The position numbers and the translations under genes were made by a program. DNA of 64,000 bases from IMG/VR virus record IMGVR_UViG_2862873970_000001, positions 14,456 through 78,455 of that record. One strand, written 5' to 3'. Positions within the stretch are counted from its first letter, which is position 1. The number at the start of each line of letters is the position of its first letter. Below the pieces are notes generated by a model. The model had not been told where the DNA came from. It saw only the letters and a list, made by a program, of their open reading frames with translations, and did not search any database. The DNA comes from a virus. Taxonomy: Duplodnaviria; Caudoviricetes. Below, piece by piece: positions 42,611-52,138 of the stretch.

Positions 42611-44127
42611 CTGTCCTCCAAAGCAGTATCAACTGGGTAATCACCAATTTCGAAGAGCGCCTTGGGGATCCGTATGTGTACGGCGGGGTGTACTCCAATG
42701 GCAATGTCAGGCAGGGCTGTGACTGTTCAGGTTGCGCCGGCTGGGTGCTAGAAGCCCTCACCAAGACCCCCGCGAATATGAGCTGGGCCCATAACGTTTC
42801 GACCGAGAGCTGGCCCTACGACTACAATACCAACACGCCGGCAGCGCCTGGCACCGTTGGTCCGTACGGGACCATCTCTGTGGGATCCAACCCGGCCGCA
42901 CTGCCGGCCGATGCCGCCCTGTGGGTGAACATCATGCACGGCGGCGGTGGCGAAGACTCGCACATGAACACCATGCTGCCCAATGGATTCATCATGGAAT
43001 CCAACGGGGACGACGGCACATGCACCAATGGCACTGGCGGGGCGGATCAGAACAACCCCGAGTGGACCGACCACTGGTACCTCCCTGGCCCGGTCACTGC
43101 AGATGTTACCCCGGTCACCCCGGTCACACCGCCTCCGGTTACCCCGGTCCTGTTTGGAATCGACATATCCAACAACAACTTTGGTGGACCCACCAGCCCC
43201 AACCTTGGGGCCATTCCAGGGTTCGTGGCCGAGGTTGTCAAAGAGGGCTTCTCGTGGATCGAGGCCAAGGCCAGTGAGGGCAGCACCTTCGCTGACCCCA
43301 CCTTCCCCGCGATCTACCAAGCCTGCCTCGCTAACGACATCCCCGTAGTGGCATACCACTACGTGGACACCAGCAATCCCGATTCCCAGGCCAGTAACTG
43401 CAAGGCCGCACTCAATGGGGCCGACGTCGGAATCATGCTCGACTGGGAAACCAACGGCGGTGACTTCAGCAATTACGAAGCCGTCTGGCATGCCTTCACC
43501 AACGCCGGCTTGACCATCGTCCTGGAATACATCCCCCAGTGGTACTGGGAGAGTCAGGGCTCACCCGACCTGTCGGCGGTGAGCGTCAAGGGCATGGTCT
43601 CGTCCAACTGGGTCAACGGATCCGGCTACGCCTACAACCTTTACCCGGGTGATTCCTGGGGCGGTTGGGCGTCTTATGGCGGGGTCACCCCGGTGATCCT
43701 GCAATTCACGAGCCAGGCCCAGGTAGCCGGCATGTCCCTGGACGCCGACGCCTTCCGCGGCTCACTGGCCGACCTCAAGGCACTTCTCGGAACTACACCA
43801 TCACAAGGAGATGACCCTCTCATGGCACTTTCATCGGCGCAGCAGGAGGACATGTACAACATGCTTCTGTTCCTGACGCAGAGCGTGACCGGAGACCTTA
43901 ATCCGTCGATTACCCAGTTCCTACTGCCGGGTTCACCTACCCCGGTGGGCGCCGACTGGGGCACGCAGCCAAACGTGGGCGATCAAATCGCAACCGTCGC
44001 TAAGGCTGTCGCCGATCTGACCACTGCAGTCACCGCTTTGAGTGCTGACTTCGCGACTACGTCCACCGGCCTGGCCGTGCTCCAGAAGCTGGCCGACCTC
44101 AATTCGATCCTTCAAGGAACCAAATGA
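42607..44127 (+). CDS. lysA: Lysin A (N-terminal cysteine peptidase + GH25 muramidase)
   Basis: YVYGG...DCSG...SH; FGIDIS, KASEG, AYHY, LDWE, ILQFTS, DAD. Confidence 0.9.
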   Translation: MTVLQSSINWVITNFEERLGDPYVYGGVYSNGNVRQGCDCSGCAGWVLEALTKTPANMSWAHNVSTESWPYDYNTNTPAAPGTVGPYGTISVGSNPAALPADAALWVNIMHGGGGEDSHMNTMLPNGFIMESNGDDGTCTNGTGGADQNNPEWTDHWYLPGPVTADVTPVTPVTPPPVTPVLFGIDISNNNFGGPTSPNLGAIPGFVAEVVKEGFSWIEAKASEGSTFADPTFPAIYQACLANDIPVVAYHYVDTSNPDSQASNCKAALNGADVGIMLDWETNGGDFSNYEAVWHAFTNAGLTIVLEYIPQWYWESQGSPDLSAVSVKGMVSSNWVNGSGYAYNLYPGDSWGGWASYGGVTPVILQFTSQAQVAGMSLDADAFRGSLADLKALLGTTPSQGDDPLMALSSAQQEDMYNMLLFLTQSVTGDLNPSITQFLLPGSPTPVGADWGTQPNVGDQIATVAKAVADLTTAVTALSADFATTSTGLAVLQKLADLNSILQGTK

Positions 44128-44477
44128 CAGATCCCAATGTAAACGCGACCGCAGAATCGGTTTCGGACAAGATCGACGGCATTGACGGCGATGGCAACCA
44201 GCTCTCGTACCGCAAGGTGGCGATGTTCTATGACTCGCACCTGTTCGGTCGGGCTGTTGATTACGCCTTTCCGGAGGGCGCCAACGTGTCATCGTCTATG
44301 TGTGACCACGCCGCCAGTGAGGCGAAGCTGTGGACCAGAACGCGAAAGATGAGCGACGGAAACGATTACGACGCCCATGATGCGCTGTATACGTTGCTCA
44401 AGATCGCGCTCCAGGCCAACCCGCACATCAATGACGACGAGCCGCTGAGCGTCAACTACAAAGCCCCGGCGACGTGA
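44124..44477 (+). CDS. Hypothetical protein
   Basis: Coupled ATGA. Confidence 0.7.
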   Translation: MTDPNVNATAESVSDKIDGIDGDGNQLSYRKVAMFYDSHLFGRAVDYAFPEGANVSSSMCDHAASEAKLWTRTRKMSDGNDYDAHDALYTLLKIALQANPHINDDEPLSVNYKAPAT

Positions 44478-44992
44478 CGGAGCAGTGGCGAGCCGTCATC
44501 GGATACGAGGGCTCCTATGAGGTGTCTGATCTAGGCAACGTTAGATCAAGAAGGCGTGTTGTGCACTGCGCAGATGAGACCATTCGGATAGTGCCCGAGC
44601 GCCAACTCAAGCCAATAACGGCAGCACCCTCTGGCTACAAGTCCGTAGTTCTAGCTAAGGGTGGACGTACAAAAATGTTTCGCGTCCATCGTCTAGTGCT
44701 AGAGGCGTTCGTTGGGGGACGCCCTGAAGGCATGGAATGCCGCCACTTAAATGACATTCCCTGTGACAACCGACTAGAAAATCTGGCGTGGGGAACCTCA
44801 TCTGAGAACAAATTGGACATTGTCCGTAATGGTAATCACCACTACGCCAAGCGCACCCACTGCGCCAAGGGGCATGAGTTCACGGTCGAAAACACCTTAG
44901 CCCGCAACGAAGTGCCTAGTGGTCGACGTTGCCGTACGTGCAAGAACGAGCGGGAACGGATCCGCTATCACAGGGAGAAGGCGTCCGCATGA
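44474..44992 (+). CDS. NUMOD4-HNH homing endonuclease
   Basis: EQWRAVIGYEGSYEVSDLGNVRS; VHRLVLEAF...CRHLND..DNRLENL. Confidence 0.92.
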   Translation: MTEQWRAVIGYEGSYEVSDLGNVRSRRRVVHCADETIRIVPERQLKPITAAPSGYKSVVLAKGGRTKMFRVHRLVLEAFVGGRPEGMECRHLNDIPCDNRLENLAWGTSSENKLDIVRNGNHHYAKRTHCAKGHEFTVENTLARNEVPSGRRCRTCKNERERIRYHREKASA

Positions 44993-45888
44993 CAAGGCCG
45001 GTAATCATAACTTGCAATGGCACAGGTGATCCGGACCCCGCGGATACCACCGGATTTGCCGGAATGCTGGGCGCGATGGTCGGCGGGGTCAACCCCTGGC
45101 AGATCGTCGCCGACAAGCTGGATGGGCTAATACCCTCGCAGCCCCCGTGGCGCTGGCAGCCCATCGGCTATCCGGCCGCGGTGTTCCCGATGACCCCGAG
45201 CGTGCAGAATGCCCGCAAGCAGATCATTGCAGCGTTGGGTGGGCCGGCGTTTCCGGACTACCAGGCCCCGGTCTACGACTCTGGGCCGTTCTCCCTGGCG
45301 GGTTATTCGCAGGGCGCCTTGGCCACTGACATTGTCTGGGTCAATGACATCCTCGCCGAGGACGGTGTGCTGCATCACCGGCTGCCAGATTGCTATGCGG
45401 TGGTGAACTTCGGTGACCCGATGCGTACCCCTGGAATCTCCAATGGCAATACCTACCAAGGAATTCCAGTACCCGGGACGCAGGATGGTGAGGTCACTGG
45501 CGGTATCGCTGGCGCGCAGGATCTCACCGAGGAACAAACCAACTACCCCAATCCCCTGGGGAAGCCCACGGTGATGTCCTTCAACCTGCCTGGCGATCTC
45601 TACGGCAGTGCTCCGGTCGGTCCCCACCCTCAAACGGATGAGGCCGGCCCGGGCAAGATCGGCACCGCGATATACGACTTCGTGGAATCCGGATCCATCG
45701 TGGACTTCTTGAAGATTCCGGTGTCATGGTTCCGGCTAATCTCGGCGTTTGAAGAGGGCTGGAATGCCGCATCATTCTTCGCCGCCGGCACTAACGCAGC
45801 TCACTGGCAGTACGCCAACCAGGGCTGTGTAGCCGCGGCCGCGAGTTACCTGCTTGACATCGCCAACGCCCTGGGGGTGGCAGCATGA
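44989..45888 (+). CDS. lysB: Lysin B (cutinase-like esterase)
   Basis: GYPA, GYSQG nucleophile, FGDPMR, PGDLY, AHWQY. Confidence 0.9.
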   Translation: MTRPVIITCNGTGDPDPADTTGFAGMLGAMVGGVNPWQIVADKLDGLIPSQPPWRWQPIGYPAAVFPMTPSVQNARKQIIAALGGPAFPDYQAPVYDSGPFSLAGYSQGALATDIVWVNDILAEDGVLHHRLPDCYAVVNFGDPMRTPGISNGNTYQGIPVPGTQDGEVTGGIAGAQDLTEEQTNYPNPLGKPTVMSFNLPGDLYGSAPVGPHPQTDEAGPGKIGTAIYDFVESGSIVDFLKIPVSWFRLISAFEEGWNAASFFAAGTNAAHWQYANQGCVAAAASYLLDIANALGVAA

Positions 45889-46280
45889 CCCCAGGGCCCT
45901 CGGATGGCACCTTCTGGTCGCACGTCCCCCACTGGATGTGGCCTATTCTCATGGCCGGCGTGCTGGGTCTGTTCCTCTATGAGCTGATCAAGACGTCGGA
46001 AACGGTGGCCCGCATCTTCGGTAAGGCCGGCCGTGCTGTCTATGACCGTGTGAACGCACCGCGGCGCACGCTTCGGCGCGTCGAGCACATCGAAGAGCTT
46101 CTATCCCAGACCAGCGACAAGCTGGAGTGCGCCACCACCTACCTGGTGATTGATGCCGACTATCACCACCAGGAGGACATCATCCTTGCCGAGAATTGCC
46201 CCGGCGTCTTTCGACTACTGCCCAAGCGAATTCCCTTCACGGAGTTCTCGCGTAAATGGCAGGAGGGATGGCGCCCTTGA
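45885..46280 (+). CDS. Membrane-anchored protein (lysis accessory candidate)
   Basis: N-terminal TM; coupled to lysB. Confidence 0.7.
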   Translation: MTPGPSDGTFWSHVPHWMWPILMAGVLGLFLYELIKTSETVARIFGKAGRAVYDRVNAPRRTLRRVEHIEELLSQTSDKLECATTYLVIDADYHHQEDIILAENCPGVFRLLPKRIPFTEFSRKWQEGWRP

Positions 46281-46555
46281 TCGTCAAGCTCTACAGCCTG
46301 CCGGGGTCACAGTGCCCCGGATGTAAGGCCACCAAGCGGGAGTTCTCCCACCCGAAGAAACGCCATATCCCCTATGAGGAGATCCGCCTCGACACGACGC
46401 CGGGGGCGGTGGACTACGTGAAGTCCCTAGGCTATGTCCAGTCACCCGTTGTGGTGGTCGATTATGGCGACGGCGTCACCCTGAGCTGGTCAGGCCACCA
46501 GCCTACGAAGATCGATCAACTGAGAGCGACGCTGAGCGAGACGCTGAGCGATTAA
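46268..46555 (+). CDS. nrdH: NrdH-like glutaredoxin
   Basis: CPGCKATK, LGYVQSPVVV, WSG. Confidence 0.85.
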   Translation: MAPLIVKLYSLPGSQCPGCKATKREFSHPKKRHIPYEEIRLDTTPGAVDYVKSLGYVQSPVVVVDYGDGVTLSWSGHQPTKIDQLRATLSETLSD

Positions 46556-46620
46556 CGCTAGCTGGGTAGGGTAACTACACCCGAGAGGCCAGTTCTTCGC
46601 TCTACGATCCACACACACAT

Positions 46621-46663
46621 GAAAAAGCCCGATACCTCAATTCCTGGGGTGTCGGGCTTTTTC
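46621..46663. terminator. Bidirectional intrinsic terminator
   Basis: GAAAAAGCCCGATACC...GGTGTCGGGCTTTTTC between convergent operons. Confidence 0.8.
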
Positions 46664-46897
46664 GGTTTTCAGGGAGTTGGACGCGTCCCCACGGGGGTTG
46701 ACGGGGATGTGCAGCGCCCCCGCGGGAACGTGATGCCTACCGTACCGGTACGAGATTACGTTGGCAAGCGCCGATAGGGCGCCTTGCGTAAGCCCGACTT
46801 CAGCCAAGGGGCTTCGTGCAAGTTTCCGGCGCAACAGTAGTGTATGGGGCAGCGTGAGCCAGTAGCAAAGCCAGTAATACCAGGGCCATTCGTCCAT
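46637..46897 (-). CDS. Hypothetical protein (MDEWPWYYWLC...), possibly read through an ancestral stop at 46784-46786
   Basis: ORF crosses a dif-like site and stops inside the terminator. Confidence 0.45.
   Translation of the reverse strand: MDEWPWYYWLCYWLTLPHTLLLRRKLARSPLAEVGLTQGALSALANVISYRYGRHHVPAGALHIPVNPRGDASNSLKTEKARHPRN
46770..46791 (+). repeat. dif-like site: GCCGATAG-ggcgcc-TTGCGTAA
   Basis: One mismatch per arm; 6-bp spacer ending cgcc like site A. Confidence 0.5.
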
Positions 46898-46917
46898 GGC
46901 GCTTTTGTGATGGGGTT

Positions 46918-47082
46918 TCATTTCCGCCCTTCCGATGCGCATTTTGTACAGCGGACAACGACCCAGAGTCGGCGAACGCCGCCTTCGTTCATGGTTGTGA
47001 TTGGGTAGATCAGCAGTGATGGGAGTTGGCAGGTATCGCACCATCCCGCCGTGGGTGTTCCGTGATCTATTGTGAGGATCAC
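46918..47082 (-). CDS. Zinc-ribbon hypothetical protein (54 aa)
   Basis: GTATCGGC-GAAAGGAAGG upstream of GTG; CDTC...CTKC. Confidence 0.6.
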   Translation of the reverse strand: MILTIDHGTPTAGWCDTCQLPSLLIYPITTMNEGGVRRLWVVVRCTKCASEGRK

Positions 47083-47217
47083 TGGCACCTTCCTTTCGCC
47101 GATACGACCGCCAGAATGGGCGAGAGCCGGGACCGCTGTCGACAATTTGGGGCGCGATCCCGGCTCTCCTACCAACCCTCACAATGGAAGGTGAGGTCAG
47201 CATAGCACCCCTATATA

Positions 47218-47463
47218 TCACTTGCCAAGGTTTACCAGCCAGGAAACAATCGTCGCCCTTTTATGCCTCGGACCAGTACGTTCCTGCAATTTCACATCGG
47301 TGATCTTCTGGAAGGTATATCGCCGGCCCTCTTCAATTGTCCCATCACGGCGGTAATCGATAGCAACCATGTGCTGACCACACACCAAGGTGTCCCGTCG
47401 AAACTCCTGATGGCAATCCCAATGGAACATCTGGGCGTGCTCGCGAATACCGACCGTGCTCAC
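47218..47463 (-). CDS. Hypothetical protein (81 aa)
   Basis: GGGAGG RBS; follows lsr2. Confidence 0.65.
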   Translation of the reverse strand: MSTVGIREHAQMFHWDCHQEFRRDTLVCGQHMVAIDYRRDGTIEEGRRYTFQKITDVKLQERTGPRHKRATIVSWLVNLGK

Positions 47464-47465
47464 TG

Positions 47466-47840
47466 CTACCTCCCAGCACCCTCTTCAAAGGCCTGCAGAA
47501 TAGCCAAGGGGATCCTTCCCCTGTCCGACACCTCATGGCCGTTACGTCGGGCCCATGACCGAATCTCGGCCAACTGCTCGGAGCTGTATCCAGATGACAT
47601 AGGAGTCTGGACGCTGGGTGAGCGCGGCTTACGTGTCACGCGCCTGTTCCCACTATCAATCAAGCGGGCGTGCTCAATCCACGGCTTCAACTGACCGTCG
47701 AGCTTGGTGGCATTCTTCTTGCAAAGGTCGATCTCGTACTGTCGTCCCTGATAGCCGAAGATAACCGTGCCGGCGTCGGCCTCGATCTCTTCACCCTCTG
47801 CCATGTCATCGAACAGTAGATGGATAGTCTTTCTACTCAC
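47466..47840 (-). CDS. lsr2: Lsr2-like nucleoid-associated protein
   Basis: YEIDL dimerisation domain; [21 protein letters not shown]-hook domain. Confidence 0.93.
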   Translation of the reverse strand: MSRKTIHLLFDDMAEGEEIEADAGTVIFGYQGRQYEIDLCKKNATKLDGQLKPWIEHARLIDSGNRRVTRKPRSPSVQTPMSSGYSSEQLAEIRSWARRNGHEVSDRGRIPLAILQAFEEGAGR

Positions 47841-47901
47841 TGTGCTCTCCCGATCTCATGATTCTTGAGTATTGATATATTAGCAGAATACATAGCCAAA
47901 G

Positions 47902-48477
47902 CTATGCCGCGGTCGCTCGTAGTGGCTTCCGATAGGCCCATGTATCTGACAATCCTACGTCCGCACCCGACTCATCTTCACCGGTTATGTGGCCAGCTCC
48001 GTATATGGCACGCAACTTGTCACATATATTAGCGATAGGTGGGGAGCTTAACGCCAAGCCGCGGTGACGACACTCTTCAGTATGCCGAGATCCATGACAG
48101 CATGAGAGAATTGGCACATTTTCAAGCCTGTTATAGATCGGATGCTCACGGTTGATGGCACGAGACTCGGCAACCTCGGCCTGCCGGCGCGTACGGAACA
48201 TATTATCCACTGACACAAAGCTCACATCACCCCACCACTTGCGGTGCCGATGACCGAGGGTGCACCGAAGACGCAAGTCCTTGGTGACACCAACATAGAG
48301 GAGCGATCCATCGCAACTAAAGAACCGATACACGACATGACCGGTGGTGTGCTTGCTGAAGTTTGTGATCGGCCGGCCACTAAAGTGTGACAGGACTGGA
48401 AGATCTAATCCGCACAGGTGGTGCACTGTCCATGTCGCATCCCTGCTGTTTGATGAGTTTGCAATGGACAAGATCAC
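47902..48477 (-). CDS. GIY-YIG nuclease family protein
   Basis: VVYRFF...LLYVGVT...R...E..AI..EHPIYN; start uncertain. Confidence 0.75.
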   Translation of the reverse strand: MILSIANSSNSRDATWTVHHLCGLDLPVLSHFSGRPITNFSKHTTGHVVYRFFSCDGSLLYVGVTKDLRLRCTLGHRHRKWWGDVSFVSVDNMFRTRRQAEVAESRAINREHPIYNRLENVPILSCCHGSRHTEECRHRGLALSSPPIANICDKLRAIYGAGHITGEDESGADVGLSDTWAYRKPLRATAA

Positions 48478-48668
48478 TGATTTACTCAGGTTCAGTACCC
48501 TCCCGGTTTTGGATATACCTATCTCACGGCAGGAGAACGCATGTTGAAAGCGCTGTATTGACGTCCCCAGATGTTGAATCGCGTACCCTGACGGCTGGGG
48601 GGAGATACAGAGGCTGAATCAACACTCCCTGGAAGATACTACTGGCGAGTGATGGGACCGTCTACCAT

Positions 48669-49490
48669 TTACCCTGATTTATTTTTGTCACGATCACCAT
48701 TTGGCGGGTCAGACCACGAAAGGCCCCCTGACCAGGTCACATGCTTGGTGAAGCTGCGCAGTCGAGTAATCCAGGAGAGGCCGGCCGCGTAGGCGAAAGT
48801 ACAGATTGCGACCCCGGCAGGTATGGCCATGAGTGTCAGTACAGTAGGGGTATCCCACTGGGGTATGACCGCGGTAAGTATTCGCATGCCTAGACAGATC
48901 ACCGCCGAGTAGCAACCCGCCAGATAGAGGTTGCACAACAAGCGTGTCTCGTCGTCTTTCAGGTCATGGAAAGCGCGTATCCCATGGTAAAGTAGATAAA
49001 TCAGCATCAAGCTGAGCACGATCCAGTAGGCCGTCAGGTATGGATACCGGCCGTCGCTGGGATACGTGCCGAGGTTATACATGGGGTGCCTGTTAGCATC
49101 GCTGTTTGCGAAGAGGGCGGTGATGATGAGGGTGCCGATTGCGGTGGGGGTCTGGATCCATTTGAAGAACCATGAGTGAAACGTTTCGGTGCTGTGTCGG
49201 CGCGGTCGATCCAGCTTGGATACCGCGTTGTAGACGACAGCGCACATTGCACCCAGGGCGCAGAGATGCCCCAGCCAAAATTGGAGATTCCACACATGGG
49301 TGATGTGGTGGAGCTTGCACCCGACGAATGTACTTACGGGCGTCGAGGAGAGCATCAACACCGCGACAGCTAGAAGGCAGATACTGGTAGTACTGGCCGT
49401 TTCCCACTTGACACGCCAGGTATGACGCCTGGTCCAGAGCGCCCACGCGAGCACCCCCGCCGTTATTAACGAGATCGTGAAAGCCATCAC
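48669..49490 (-). CDS. Multi-pass membrane protein (MAB_1171c-like)
   Basis: About 7 hydrophobic helices; WE.A.T, WN...LGH, YW motifs. Confidence 0.7.
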   Translation of the reverse strand: MMAFTISLITAGVLAWALWTRRHTWRVKWETASTTSICLLAVAVLMLSSTPVSTFVGCKLHHITHVWNLQFWLGHLCALGAMCAVVYNAVSKLDRPRRHSTETFHSWFFKWIQTPTAIGTLIITALFANSDANRHPMYNLGTYPSDGRYPYLTAYWIVLSLMLIYLLYHGIRAFHDLKDDETRLLCNLYLAGCYSAVICLGMRILTAVIPQWDTPTVLTLMAIPAGVAICTFAYAAGLSWITRLRSFTKHVTWSGGLSWSDPPNGDRDKNKSG

Positions 49491-49626
49491 TGTGTCGACT
49501 ACATCCGTTTACGTTCCGGTGCTGGAGCGGAACCTTCGGGATGCACCCCCCTTTCTCCGACCGACCTGTTGTCAACTTTAAGGCTCGATGGTACTTGGGG
49601 TCTACTGCGCAGCCTAAAAATGCAGG

Positions 49627-50025
49627 TTACGGCGGTGGAGCGCCAGCCTTTCGCTTACGTCGGCTAAGCATCTTCGTCCTCGGGATCGCTATCGTCGTCG
49701 TCCCCGGACGTCGTGTAGGAAAAACCGGCGGGACGCCCCCGCCCTGCTCGACGTACTGACGTAGCCCGTCCTCATCCAAAAGCTGCAGCACGTCGGTGTC
49801 GAGGTATCCAAACGCAATCTGCAGCGCACGGGCGGACAGGTTGAAGTGGTTGCCGAACTGGTCCAGTTCCTCGAATGAGGGAAAGTCATCTGCGTCTTTG
49901 CGTCGGCTGTAGTTGGTGGGTGGGATGTCAAGTGCTAGGGCCAACTCCGAGTCTGTGAGGCGCCGCTGGCAAAGCCATTCGAGTACCAGCTTGACGTCTT
50001 TTCCGTCTTGGTTCGTTCGTGGCAT
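49627..50025 (-). CDS. HTH repressor-like protein
   Basis: ELALALDIPPTNYSRR...FPSFEEL...LQIAFG, resembling mycobacteriophage repressors. Confidence 0.7.
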   Translation of the reverse strand: MPRTNQDGKDVKLVLEWLCQRRLTDSELALALDIPPTNYSRRKDADDFPSFEELDQFGNHFNLSARALQIAFGYLDTDVLQLLDEDGLRQYVEQGGGVPPVFPTRRPGTTTIAIPRTKMLSRRKRKAGAPPP

Positions 50026-50274
50026 TACCGCAGCCTATCACCACGCTGGGCTGCCTTAAACCCCGTGCGGAATGAATCTTTCGTTACAAGATCTACACTT
50101 TCACCAGCGAAAACACCCACACGCTGGGGGTATGGCCACTCCGTATCTGGAAGAACGCTTCCACAACCGGGATGCTCGGGTGTATCCTTCATCACAGCAG
50201 GTTATTTGACACGGGCCCAGCTAACGAGCGCCGGTCACGCAACTAGCTACTACCAACCCGAGGGGAGATGGGGC

Positions 50275-51306
50275 ATGATACTGCCCAAATGTGATGTGCC
50301 AGTAGGCGATCTGACCAGCGCTAATCCGCTGATGATCTATGAAGCCGGTCCCAGCGCCGCAGCAAGACTATTGACAAAAACGACTCGATTGTGCTTGCGG
50401 AACACCTTGACGGCCGGATGCCGCGCCGCAGCCCTACCCTGGCCCTACGGGGCAATCGAGAAAGCCGCGAGTCTTGTTCCAAGTGTCGCCAGGCGCGCGG
50501 CCGTCCGTCTTCCCCATGTGACGGCTCAGCTTATCTGCGCACCTGGCGTCGTTGACCAGGGCGAACGCGTCATCCTTTACTGCCACGGCGGCGCCTTCCT
50601 GGTCTGTGGTCCCAACACGCATGGAGACCTGATTACCCGGTTGTCCCGAGTTTCAAACGGACCAATTTTGGCGCCCGACTACCGGATGTTGCCCAAGCAC
50701 TCCATCGGCGATGCCGTGGCCGACTGCATGGATGCGTACCACCATCTACGGGAGACTTACGAGCCGCACCAGATCACGCTGGCCGGCGATTCGGCGGGGG
50801 GATATCTCGCCCTCACCGTGGCCGACCTGATCGCGACGTTCCTTTGCGAGACGCCCGCGGCGCTGGTGATGTTCTCCCCGCTCTTGGAACTCGATCCGGC
50901 CGGCAAGAAGGCCCATCCCAACATCGCGTGCGACGCCATGTTCGGCTCGGAGGCCTTCGATGCCCTGCACTTCTTGATCCGACGTTCCACCAAGGGCGGT
51001 GTCCTACATGAGCCCCTGGAGAGCTTGTCGCCCTATCTCCCGCCCGTCTTGATCCACGTCTCGGGGCAAGAGGCTTTGCTGCACGACACATTCCTTGCCT
51101 CCAGTCGACTGGCCGATGTCGGGGTGCCAGTGGAGGTGCATGTGTGGCCCGGGCAGATCCATGTCTTTCAGATTGCCGCGTCCTTTGTGCCCGAGGCGAG
51201 AAGGTCGTTGTCGCAGGTGGGGCGCTTCATCAAGGCCAAAACCACTGAATCTCGGAAATGTCACGAACATAACTTGACATTGCGTACGGGTACAGTAGGG
51301 TACTAA
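50275..51306 (+). CDS. Alpha/beta hydrolase, hormone-sensitive lipase family esterase
   Basis: HGGAF oxyanion motif, DYR, GDSAGG nucleophile, GQIHVFQ; start reassigned to ATG 50275. Confidence 0.9.
   Translation: MILPKCDVPVGDLTSANPLMIYEAGPSAAARLLTKTTRLCLRNTLTAGCRAAALPWPYGAIEKAASLVPSVARRAAVRLPHVTAQLICAPGVVDQGERVILYCHGGAFLVCGPNTHGDLITRLSRVSNGPILAPDYRMLPKHSIGDAVADCMDAYHHLRETYEPHQITLAGDSAGGYLALTVADLIATFLCETPAALVMFSPLLELDPAGKKAHPNIACDAMFGSEAFDALHFLIRRSTKGGVLHEPLESLSPYLPPVLIHVSGQEALLHDTFLASSRLADVGVPVEVHVWPGQIHVFQIAASFVPEARRSLSQVGRFIKAKTTESRKCHEHNLTLRTGTVGY
51274..51301 (+). promoter_or_regulatory. Predicted rightward promoter TTGACA-N16-TAGGGT containing TGCGTACGGGTACAGTAGG
   Basis: Consensus -35; motif identical to reverse complement of 9781-9799; heads the recA operon. 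Confidence 0.65.
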
Positions 51307-51546
51307 CCAGAAGCCAATCGGTCGAGCCGGACTCGCGCAGTGATCATGAGATATTGCTGGCAGGCTTACAGCGACAGTGAAAAGCTGTATAGGGATATAC
51401 CCACGGTATATCGCCCATGGACCCACCGCTTAGGTGGAGGCGAGACTTTGAAACTGTCAATGCACACCTCCTGTTTTTGATGGACAGCCGTGTTTGAGTC
51501 GGGCGTGTGCGCGCAAGCCCCTCTGGAATTGGGAGACATATTCCAC

Positions 51547-51747
51547 ATGCGTCGTATCAAGACCCTCGCAGATCTAACCGATGAGGAACGGGGAATCATC
51601 GCTCAGGTGATATCACTGATGCACAAATTACCCGATGAGCCAATCATCTATCTCCGCGCCATTGGCATGATGCGCGAAAAAGAGTTTGGGGTAGCCGGCC
51701 GCGGCCGTGGTGCGGTACCCAAGGGCTATATCAGGCCCAGGAAATGA
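51547..51747 (+). CDS. Hypothetical protein (66 aa)
   Basis: GGGAG RBS. Confidence 0.6.
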   Translation: MRRIKTLADLTDEERGIIAQVISLMHKLPDEPIIYLRAIGMMREKEFGVAGRGRGAVPKGYIRPRK

Positions 51748-51760
51748 CGGGAGATATCCA

Positions 51761-52138
51761 ATGAGGAATATTGCACTCCTTGAGGCGACACTGGCCAAGA
51801 TCCAGGACCACCCCGAGCTGCATGACCAAAGCCTGGTGTTCCAGCGCAACGAATGCGGTACCGCCGCCTGTTTCATGGGCTGGGCCTGCATGCTCGCGGG
51901 CTACACCCCCGTGCTGACGGGGAGCTTCTTCGGACCCCACACCACCGGATCTGTTGTCGCGGACGCCCGTGGTCGACGGCACATCGCCCTCCTGACCGCC
52001 TATGACTTACTCGGCCTCACCACTGATGAGGGAGCGAAACTTGCCGCCCCCTACAACACCGTTCGCCAGCTTGAGCTGATGGTCAAGGCTCTGGTCAACG
52101 GTGAAGAGCTGGGTCACCCAGACGAATACAAGGACTAA
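51761..52138 (+). CDS. Hypothetical phage protein (CGTAACFMGWA motif)
   Basis: GGGAG RBS. Confidence 0.75.
   Translation: MRNIALLEATLAKIQDHPELHDQSLVFQRNECGTAACFMGWACMLAGYTPVLTGSFFGPHTTGSVVADARGRRHIALLTAYDLLGLTTDEGAKLAAPYNTVRQLELMVKALVNGEELGHPDEYKD

Noticed and set aside
13649-44992. HNH genes as intron- or intein-encoded elements
   Set aside because: They are free-standing between intact genes; no split host gene or intein motifs were seen in terL, recA or dnaB
46529-46551. Short tandem repeat GACGCTGAGCGA at the nrdH 3' end
   Set aside because: Only two copies, within coding sequence; likely local slippage
50008-50274. 5' extension of the esterase ORF
   Set aside because: Overlaps the divergent HTH gene start and intergenic control region; ATG 50275 has an RBS
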